A stretch of DNA of 64,000 nucleotides from contig NW_025767102.1 of the NCBI RefSeq assembly GCF_003918875.1, forward strand, positions 744,001 through 808,000. Direction: 5' to 3'. The translations under genes were made by a program, and so were the position numbers. The notes under the pieces are model-generated. The model was not told the DNA's origin. It saw only the letters and a list, made by a program, of their open reading frames with translations, and searched no databases. Positions 1-10,600 of the stretch are shown here, one piece after another (position 1 is the first letter of the stretch; every line of letters begins with the position of its first letter). The stretch comes from Haliotis rubra (taxonomy: Eukaryota).

Positions 1-148
1 ATGCTCATGCTGTTGATCACTGGATTGTCTGGACCAGATTCGATTATTCATTACAAACCGCCTCCATAGAGCGGGGATATTGCTGAGTGCGGCGTTAAAC
101 AATTTGCAACAAACCAACCAAACCAAGTAACCAACTCTCCTGAACATG

Positions 149-370
149 GAGTGAGTGAGTGAGTTTAATTGTACGCCGCACTCAGCAATATTCCAGCTAT
201 ATGGCGGTGGTCTGTAAATAATCCAGTGATCAATATCATGAGCATCAATCTACGCATTTGGGAACCGACGTGTCAACCAAGTCAGCGAGCCTGCCCACCC
301 GACCCAGGTAGTGGCCTCTTAACACAAGCAGAGGTTGATGAAGATCAATTCTTACCTGGTTTTCATGGGT
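149..370 (-). mobile_element. SINE family B copy; another partial copy at 1-135 (+) and a composite at about 2080-2445 (-)
   Basis: Matches the recurring body GGATTGTCTGGTCCAGACTCGATTATTTACAGACCGCCGCCATATAGCTGGAATATTGCTGAGTGCGGCG plus a microsatellite tail. Confidence 0.8.
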
Positions 371-496
371 AGCTTCCCAGTAGCACTATATAAGAGCACA
401 CATTGTAGCAAAGAGAAATGAACAACATGCCTATCCAAAGAAGTATATTTTAGTCGCAGCTGACAGATATGTTGTTTATGCATATTATTCCCATAC

Positions 497-1279
497 CATT
501 TATGTCGGCAAGTCCGAAGACCGTCTTGAGGTCATTCTGGTCCATCGTATGTCCGGTAACAAAGGCGAATTCCTTGACACTGACCACCCCATCGTCGTTG
601 AGGTCATAGGCTGAGAACTTGTTAGGCATTGGCATGAGATGTCCGCTGTAGTCACTGCCCTGTTCATGTAGAATGTGTGAGTGAGTATGCTTTTACGCCG
701 ACTTTAGCTGCAATATTACGGCGAGGGACACCAGACATCGGCTTCATTATACCCATATTGGGAATCGAACTAGAGTCCCCGGCGTGACGAGAGAACGCTG
801 GAACCACAAGGGCACCCCACTAACGAACGCAAGGGGACCACTAATTTTAGATCGTTATAACCACAGTTCGCTACACGTATTTAGACTCAAATATACAGCA
901 AATGGCAGGGACAAAAGAAACAGTTCGTAAAATCCGTCATTTCGTTATAAGCGTGTTCGATACAAACGTAGTAATTGCAAGTACATATTACCTTTCTAAT
1001 AGAACGCTTTCCTCTGTTGCAAAGTGGCACACATACGAAGGGACAGAAGTACATGCCGACCTTGTCTTCACAGAGTCGGGGACACGCAGTCCTGCAGCCA
1101 ATGTTCATGGTCTCATTGACAGCTTTCAGACCAACATTAAGCAGATCTTTGGCCATGTTCTTTCCCATGTTTGTAAACTCCCGTCCGAGGTCCTGCCACA
1201 TACTCCCCAGAAACGCTTGTGCTGATTGGCCAAACACAAGCAGAGTTGCGCCAATCAGGATACTGTTATACAACTTCAT
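497..1279 (-). CDS. Secreted Cys-rich peptide / EF-hand precursor, 3'-partial. Coding exons 1279-992 and 659-497; continues beyond the window start
   Basis: Signal peptide MKLYNSILIGATLLVFGQSAQA, six Cys (CX3CX3CX8CX3CX3C), GKR site. Phase-0 donor AAG|GTAATA at 992/991 joins acceptor AACAG|GGC at 660/659 in frame to the EF-hand loop DLNDDGVVSVKE and the start of a second loop (ADING). Donor G|GTATGG at 497/496. Confidence 0.85.
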
Positions 1280-1530
1280 GGTGTCTGGAAAAATACAATC
1301 GTAAAAAAAGTAAAGGTTTTGGACAGTTCTTAATATTTCTATTACTCGAGCGGCTTAAGACAATACATGCTCACTCACTCAACCACTCCGACTTTGATTC
1401 TAAAGAGATATGTCGTACAAGAATGAGGGAAAAGTCAAGCTAATTCAACAATACTACATGACTTGAATGAGTTTGGTATATGGCCGCTTTGAACAGTATT
1501 ATGGCGGCATAGCGGCTTAATGATCGAGTA

Positions 1531-1692
1531 GTGAGTGAGTTTAGTTTTACGCCGCTTTTATCAATATTCCATCAATATCATGGAGGGGGGCACCAGAAAT
1601 GGGCTTCACACATTGACCTATGTGGGGATTCGAACCCGGATCTTCTGCGTGACGAGCGAACGTTTAACCACCAGGCTACCCCCACCGCCCCC
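1531..1692 (-). mobile_element. tRNA-derived SINE, family A (about 160 bp), full length
   Basis: Pol III A box (TAGCCTGGTGG) and B box (GGTTCGAATCC), (ACTC)n tail, 13-bp target-site duplication TAATGATCGAGTA at 1518-1530 and 1693-1705. Confidence 0.9.
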
Positions 1693-1987
1693 TAATGATC
1701 GAGTAAGTCCAGCTGAAGCTGGATAGAGGTTTACATGTATCACAAACGAAGAATAATATTCAGGATGAATCGTACATTTGAACCCACGATCAGCGGATCC
1801 TGGTGCGGCTAAGAGACGCAGCCCTGAATTGAATTGTAGCTTAGACCATTACCTCACCATTGTAACCTCCCGCATTAGATCTTATTTTAAAAACACACGC
1901 ATACACTGGCATACACAAGTACACGCATGCAATTGCACAAGGCTACTGTTCTGTTGTCGAAACACCAGTATCCTGATGCATACCAAG

Positions 1988-2041
1988 TTTTGCTTGTTTG
2001 TTTGTTTGTTTGTTTGCTTGTTTGTTTGTTTGTTTGTTTGT

Positions 2042-2073
<32 letters not shown>

Positions 2074-2080
2074 TTGTTTG
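1988..2080. repeat. (TTTG)n/(TTGC)n microsatellite, the tail of a family B SINE
   Basis: Direct tetranucleotide run abutting the SINE 3' end. Confidence 0.9.
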
Positions 2081-2560
2081 CTATGTAACGCCGAACTCAG
2101 CGATGGTCAACCTAAATGGCGGCGGTCTGTAAATAATGAAGTCTTGACCAGACAATCCAGTGATCAACAGCATGAGCATCGATTTGTTTGGTTTGTTTGT
2201 TTGTTGTTTGATGCCACATTCAGCAATATTCCAACTATATGGCGACGGTCTAGAGTGAGTGAGTGAGTTAAGCTTTACTCCGCACTCAGCAATATTCCAA
2301 CAATCCAGTGATCAATATCATGAGCATCGATCTACGCACTTGGGATACGATGACATGTGTCAACCCAGTCAGCGAACCTGATCACACGATCCTCTTACGA
2401 AACAGCATGGGTTGTTGAAGATCTTAACCCAGATCTTCACAGGTTTTAGTAGGAAGTAGTATAAAATATATTACAGTATATGAATGTAGTTTGTACAATA
2501 TATACAACAAATCATTTACGATATCCAACAAAGACTTCACGCAGCATCAACAATACTCAC

Positions 2561-2713
2561 TCTGCTTCTGGAGGGGTGTAACGACGTCGTCGTGTATGAT
2601 GCTGTCCGAGGGTCCCCCACCAGTATATATACACGAGGGGCAGGTGCCCTACAACATGCGTGGGTGGCAGGTCATTGTAAATCCATGGGAAGAAGCTTGC
2701 CGTCAGTGACTCA
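2561..2713 (-). promoter_or_regulatory. Probable promoter and non-coding first exon of the Cys-rich/EF-hand gene
   Basis: Donor GTGAGT at 2560 on the minus strand, TATATATA at 2624-2631, AP-1 motif TGACTCA at 2707-2713. Acceptor TTTTTCCAG lies 5 nt before the ATG at 1279. Confidence 0.5.
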
Positions 2714-2768
2714 CAAACACGCACTCAGGCCATTATGAATTATATCTGTGTTTATGGTAATACGTGAG

Positions 2769-3060
2769 GTAGGATCAATGGTTACTTCAATTAATATAGG
2801 ATATACATGTATTCCCCTATCAATTTCAAGATCTTGGATCAATGTTTACTTTAGTTGATAAAGGATATATTCCCCTACCTAATTCGAGAAGTAGGATCAA
2901 TGTTTACTTCAATTAATATGTGATATATCCCCACTACCATTAAAATGATATTACCAATAGTTTGGATTTTGTTTTTTAACAATGTCAAGCACGCATTTGG
3001 TAATTCCGAGAAGTAGGATCAATGTTTAATTCAGTTAATATAGGATATATTCACCTCACC
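2769..3060. repeat. Four degenerate copies of an approximately 60-bp unit (TAGGATCAATGTTTACTTCAATTAATATAGGATATAT..TCCCC)
   Basis: Units start near 2770, 2834, 2892 and 3014. Confidence 0.75.
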
Positions 3061-4610
3061 CTTTAGAAATAACATTTTAATAGGGATCTGCTATTTAATG
3101 ATATCAAACACGCATCTGTGTAAACTATAAATGTGAGTTCATTGTTATATCTCAGTAGCACACTACACAGTACACCTTTATATCATACACTGACAAGTGT
3201 CTCCGACTGCCTTACACTGTCATTGGCTAGTTTGGTCATCAGAACCTTTATGACATCGCTTTTTCGCTGAAGATGTTAGCTTTTATGTAAATGTATATTG
3301 TTTTGTAGGCAGAGTAAAGAGGACGCGAAACAGTCAGTTTTGTGCCACGGCCTAGTACTCATCCTACGGCACGTCACACCTGTCTAACACCATCTACTTC
3401 ACCTGTCAGTTTTCGTCACGACGTGACATGGGTGACAAGGTCATGTGCCAACTGTGACATACGAGCATCTTCAAGACCGGTAAAAGAAGACTCACTACTG
3501 TTGTTGCGATTATCGCCCTGCCTCCCTCTGAAAATAGTAAAATTTACATTACTATCTGTGGGGAGTAGGTTTGCGGGAAGGAATGTCGATCTTTGTGCTG
3601 ATTGGTCAAATTGTGTAGTAGCTACACCAATGGGAGCTTTGATTTTAAAAAAGGCTACTAATACAGGTCAAATGTTTAAGAATACAACGCAAAACATTCC
3701 GTGATTTTCTTAAAGCTAAAAATAGTGAGGTGAAATGTAAAACGGGATTTTATGTATCTAACAAATAATATGTGTACACATGCATAACAGAAAGTATCAC
3801 AAACAGTAATGTCGTGTGCTAAACAGAATTGAAAGATAAGCGACACAGCAACTGAGGAACAATTACGTATCATATCACGCTGGTAATTATGTATATTGAT
3901 AATAATAATAATCAATAATATTGGTTCACTTATAATGCGCCTTTTCTATGTACAAGGCATTGGCGGATCCAGAGGGGGGGTCAGGGGTTCGACACACACA
4001 CACACACCCTTTTGAAAATCAGACTTAAAACCACATTGAAGGCTTGTATTTGGGGAGTTCAGGGGGTTCAGGGGGTTGAAACAAGCCAAGCCAAGTATCA
4101 CATGTGTAATAATTTACAGATACACCGATGTATTACTCACAACAGATTATTAAGTTTATGATGTATTATGAAGTTAGGCGGAGACTTTTATATGTTGCAG
4201 ACACCGATCGAAAAGTTGCTGATGAATCTGTCACATGCAGAATAATTTTGTGTGCGAAGTAACACTGGTCGTAGTGCAACAATCAGGATGAAAGAGATAT
4301 ATTGCTTCATTTTGTGCCTACTACAGTAGAACATTTTTTTTCTAAAACGTAGGCAGGATCATTTGTTCGTTAAACGAATGTCAATAAACCATGAAGCAAT
4401 TTGGGTATAGTTTAACTGCATGGACGTGGTCGCCAAACTGGGGAAAAGGGGAGATAACTCTCGTTTACTGCCCTTGACAGCGGAAGTGGCAGATCAAACT
4501 TCACGCCGTTTCAGAATAACGTCATGTACAATTACATTTGAACGTTTCACTAATCTAACCCTTTACTTCATCTCTCAACTATAGGCGAAGTGATTGTATA
4601 CTCTTATATT

Positions 4611-7600
4611 ATGGCCGGACCGGTTGGTGCCTGGCCCGTGATTCTGCATCAGTCGCTGGAGAAGAGCGAAATCAGTCGACTTCTGCGACAAAAGAACTTC
4701 AAAATTCGAAGTAAGTGAGTCCTTAGTCATTAAGTAATTCCCGTGCGACCATGTTGAGGAACTCTGGGGAGGAGAACGCCCACATATGTATGCGTGTGTG
4801 TGCGTTCGTTCGTTCGTAAGTTGTTCAGGTTTCATAGTGCTTTCCTACAACTTATCATGTTTAACATGTCTCGGACACACAGTAGTGACAACAATCCGAC
4901 CAGTTTTGTTTTATACCCTCAATACAGTGTGCCAGGCAGGATAACAACATTAAATACCATGATGAAGCCAGGGAGTCGAACCACCCACATTTCCATCACT
5001 GCCAGACGCTCTGTCCACAAGACCAGACTGACGGTAATTGAAAGTCAGGGATGTGCCTGACAAAAATTCGCGCCTACTTGGAAATCAGTCATATCACTTA
5101 ACTATAATGTGCATTACATATTCTTTAAAGATTCAGAGAGCGTCACCAGCAACAGCATCATCTTCCCCATGTCGGGTGTTGCTTTTATGATCCTAGACCT
5201 CAAAGACGTCATCAGGGACAGCCCCGAAGGCGGCACCAGGACAGAGGTGTGGGAAAGGTGGGGCCGCTTGATGTCATCAATATAGTTTCTTCCTAGCAGC
5301 TGATTCTAAATCCGCATGACATATGCGTCAGGTTTATATCATAAGCACAAATGATATAGTATACTTTACTGGTGTGCATAGAAATATAGGCAAGTGTATA
5401 TAGAGCTTGAGCACTTGTGATAAACGTGTATGACATGTAAAGTGATAAATATATAGAGTCAAAATACAGTAATATATTCATCATCATATGGAAGGGGCGT
5501 AAATCTATAATGTAATGCACAAGTACTGACGGTACACCTATTCTATTTTGTATATACATGTATATGCATTTCTTCTAAACTGGAGATACTAATGAGAATT
5601 GTTACTCCGTGGTGGCTTTATACCCACTATATACTGTGTTACCCCTGTGGACATGATTCAGTGAATGTTACACAGTGTTTCATGGAATCAGTGTAGTTTT
5701 GCTGTTTTCTTTCATCAAGTATTGACAAGTTCGTACAAGTACACCGTCGCTGTTACATCCTGGCTCAAGCTCCATGCCATGCTGAACAGGAACAGTGTGT
5801 CTTCTCCGCCATACAAGAGAAGTAAGTGTTAAAATGTTATGGATAATTTAACACTTGTTTGATAAGCACATTTACCCCGACCTTCCTATTACATGGGTCC
5901 AAGGTTAATGTCCATGATATGATACGTACATGTTTTATTCTCGGTATCCATACAAAATGATAAACTGCTAAAATATTACTTATTACTCTTTCAGTGACCC
6001 CCGAAAGGTCAGTCAAGCATTACCAAAATAAAAATATATCTTTTTCTTTTGAAATTGCTCTTATAGTTATAGTCGAGAAGTTTCGTAATAATGTGTATCA
6101 CGATACGTATCGTATCATTAGGAAATTAACCTACTGTGTTTTGAAATTAGAGGTAGTATAACGGAATTATGATAGCTCTAAATTTAATTTAAAACCGAAC
6201 GCATGTCGGTAGTGTGATAAAGGTTAACCTGATTGTATGACTGAGATAGAGTGTTTGATATCTAATTATTGCTACCTTGCAAAATTTAAGAGTTGAGGCG
6301 CTTTTGCTGAGATGAGGAGTCCGAGTTGTACAAATTTAGAGACTGTTAAAGTGTGTGCCCTGTCAACTTCAGAATTTCACGCACCTCTACGACTGCATGT
6401 GACAGAAGACTCACTGTGGTGCATGGCTCTTACACGCTCATTTGTGTACTTTGTGCTAAAATTCGATTCTTCCCATATCATTTTCAATATTCTGGAAAGT
6501 GTGTTGTGATCTAGTGGCTTCCAAGTGGACAAAATTCATATCGTGATACATATGGTATTGTGACGTATGTATGTGATACATATGGTATTCTCGTATATCG
6601 TGATGCTTTGTATGGTGACCTATATATCGTATCGTATTGAGACCGTACTGCAGCCTTTCACTCTTACTTATGCCTATAGTGGTTAGAGCGTCCGCCCGGA
6701 GAGCGGAAGGTCGCGGGTTCGATCCCCGGCCGCGTCTTACCAAAAGACATAAAAACATGGTACTTGTTGGTCCCTGCCTGGCGCTCGGCATTAATGGGTA
6801 CAACAAGGACTGGTCGGCTCGGAGTCAGTATAATGTGTCTGAGTGGGGTATTCATGCTTCACTGCAGCATGGTATCTCAGTGGGCTAGCACTATAAAACC
6901 AGCTTCAGTCTGGGCTAGTACAAGCAGCCGCACATACACATACACAGGCATGCACGTCGTCATATCAGCGAAATATTCTCAAGCACGACGTTAAACCCAA
7001 TTTCACCTCACCTCACTTATACCTATAATAAAGTCGTACAGGAGACGTTGGCTTTGACTACGTCCTTCCGATTTCCAGGCTATTCATCCAAGGATGACAC
7101 TTTGCATACATCAACACCAAATAACAGTATTTTATGGTAAGCATGTTGGCTGTGGGTATTCACTTAACCTTTCCATTTCCCCAACTGACTAGGCTGGAAA
7201 CATGTATTTGCACGAGCCCTAAAGTCTGATTAGCTGTCAGCCCAGCCAATTCTCTGTGGCAGGAGATATCGATGAACGTGTCTTCTTGTCATGCCGAGAG
7301 ATGACTGCTATTTACTAACGCTTTCGAGTAACAAACAGCAGTGGTATATTTTACATGGACAACATGTTTTATTTGTACAAGATGTTTGGTCCCGTTATTA
7401 TTCTGTGTATCCATCATTCAAAGATATCAGTTGCGGTCTCAGTGTTCAGGCCATCCAAACAGCTAGCACACCGACTGTGCTACGTCTAATTATTGACTAG
7501 TTGGACCCGTGAAGATCCCGGTTACAATTGGCGTTCTGCAACACATACATTGTATTTGTTGTAAGAAGCGACTAACGGAATCGGGTGGTCAGGCTCACTG

Positions 7601-10600
7601 ACTTGGTTGACAAATGTCATCGTATCCCAAGTGGGTAGATCGACGCTCATGATGTTGATCACTGGATAATCTGGTCCAGCCTCATTAATTTACAGACCGA
7701 AGCCATATAGCTGGAATATTGCTGAGTGCAGCATAGAACTAAACTCACTCACTCACTACTATTCATGTGTTTTATTGCGTTTCAGATATATGACGAGTCC
7801 TCTACAAATGATCCCAGTCCACACGCCTACAGAGAGCATCCAAGCTATGTTGAACATTGCCAAGGTATTGTCTTATGAGTAGTTGATCTCTTTGAATCGC
7901 TAGCAAACTTTGACTGTGGGCTTGAATCCCACGTTCACCATGATAATGTGTTAAGGTTTGGCAGTACCGGAGAAGTGCATGTGAGTTAGTAGACCAGAGG
8001 TACAGATAAGCTGCGTATCGGCGTAAATTACGCAAATAATTATGTGAAAACGTAATTCCTTTTCTACAAGTACGCTTGAATGTTTGTAAATACTCTATAA
8101 ATTTGATCTTACATGCGTACACACAAAAATAGATAAAATAACAGGTATATTGAGAGGGTCTATGTGAGCACTTGAACTTGGCAACTTGCATTCTTTCTTT
8201 TCGTATCTCATATTACAGATCAAATATAAATAACAACATGTAAACCAACATTTAAGCTATATTATAGTTTTACAATAAATGGAAAATTGCAAAATGCCCA
8301 AATGAGATTGAGCGAGGTGGGTACAATTTATTTGGTTACCCATAGGAAAATTAAGATACCAAATCGAGATGAACACAAGCGAGTACATTACTCAGTGACC
8401 AAAAGGTTATCTGTAACTCTGTAGACCTACATTGTTCCGGCGTTCTCTCAAATCAAACTGACACCCAGTGATGTGACTGGAATGCTGTTCAAAGCAACGT
8501 TAAGCCAAACTTACAACAAAACTTACTCTCACAGTGAGTGAGTGAGTTTCGTTTTACACACACTCAGCAATATTCCAGCTATATGACGGCGGTCTGTAAA
8601 TAATCGAGTCTGGACCAGACAATCCAGTGATCAACATCATGAGCATCCATGTACACAATTGGGATACGATGACATGTGCCAACAAAGTCAGCGAGTCTGA
8701 CCACCCGATCCTGTTAGTTGCCTCTTACAAGCATGGGTTACTGAAGATCAATTCTGACCCGGATCTTCAGGGGTTACTGACACAGAGACAATGGTCATGT
8801 AAAGTATGATTAGGGCTGATGAATTTGGTCTGTAAATAATTAAATCTTGGTTAGACCATACCAGTGGTTGAAATTATGATCAACACAGCTGGGATACCAT
8901 GACATGCATCACCTATTTTAAATATACAACAACAAAAGCTAAATCTATCATATACATGTATAAATTCAATAAATGAATAAATGTAATTTGAAAGATGTTT
9001 ACTGTTGCAATACAAACATCTTTGGGGCGTGGGGTAGCCTAGTGGTTAAAGCCCTCGCTGTTTACGCTGAAGACCCGTGTTCGTGTTCGAAGCCCATTTC
9101 TGGTATCCCCTGTCGTGATATTGCTGAAACATTGCTAAAAGCGGCGTAAAACCATACTCACTCACTTTGAAATTTACATCTCTGCTCCTTAACGAATAAT
9201 TATTAGGGCTGTGCAATATAAACGGTTTACTGGTATTTACCGGTTCAGACATGAAAACGATACGTATTGCGATACGCTGATTGAAAACCGGTATTTTGAC
9301 ATGCATTCGGAAAACGTCGTAACACTCGGAAATCTTCGGATATTTCCTTGTTTCATTTGTGCCAAATATTATTCACATTTTTATTTTATCATGATTAAAA
9401 AAAGTTATTAAAGCTTAATCAAGCATAGTGATTTTGTTGTGTTTTTGCTCTATAAATCAAGCAGTAACTCGATTATAAGTAGTTTTTTGTTTAAAACTAC
9501 TTCATGCAAAATATTGCAATGCATATCGCAATACATGCTTTCGCATCGCCATATATCGCAATATGAATATTCTCTGCAATACCCACCCCTAATAATTATA
9601 ATAAGTAGCTTTATGACTAAGCAGTCTCCGACAGTGTTTATCCGTACCGTGTTCCTAGACGAAAGGCTGCAGTAATGGGAATCCTGTTTAATAAAATAAC
9701 ATTATTGACGCACATTTACCGCATCAAGTATAGGTGTCCCCAGGTGGTTTCTAGTAAAAGCTGATGTCGCTAGAAGCTGTGAATGCCTGACTCTGACTAG
9801 ACTGCGCGTCGTCGTATACCGCGCACACGGGACGTTATCATAACATCAAACTCAGGTTTGTCTGGAAGGCCATCGTTATTCAGCTGGAATATCAAGAACT
9901 GCGGCGTTAAACAAACAGCGAAAGAGTGGACTGTTTGACCAAGCCACTTGTGTTGGTACCACGGTCTTCTCTCCATCACAGCCGTAGTCACAGCTTGTAG
10001 GCTGTGTGGAGCTGGGATACAGTAACTTATTTACTTCATGTGCCAGTATATTCTAGACAGCATGAGTGAGTGAGTTTAGTATTACGCCGCTTTTAGCAAT
10101 ATTCCAGCAATATCACGGCGGGGGATACCAGAAATGGGCTTCACACATTGTACCAATGTGCGGAATCGAACCCGGGTCTTCGGCGTGACGAACGAACGAT
10201 TTAACCACTGGGTTACCCCACCGCCCCTAGACAGCATGAAGATCAGGTGAGGACAGATCTTGGTTGTCGTTATACTCAAAAACCCACGCACCCCACTCAC
10301 TCACTCACTCACTCATGAATCTGTACACCAATGTCCCCCTCTCAGTTAGACACCTAGGGCTGTGGGGTAGCCTAGTGGTTAAAGCCTTCGCTCGTCACGC
10401 TGAAGACCCGGGTTCAATTCCCCAAATGGGTACAAAAAATGTGTGAGGCTGATTTGTGGTGTCCCCCGCCGTGATATTGCTGGAATTGTACTAAGAGTGG
10501 CGTAAAATCAAACTCATTCATTCACACATCTGAACTCAAACCTTAACAACTCAACAATTATGTCTCCATCGACCAATCCTCTCATTCACCGAACCCGTAG

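Noticed and set aside
902-1443. Plus-strand ORFs overlapping the Cys-rich gene
   Set aside because: Antisense shadows of the real minus-strand exon.
1531-1692. tRNA genes at the SINE heads (also 6679, 12410 and others)
   Set aside because: No complete acceptor stem; each continues into a SINE body with a tail and often a TSD.
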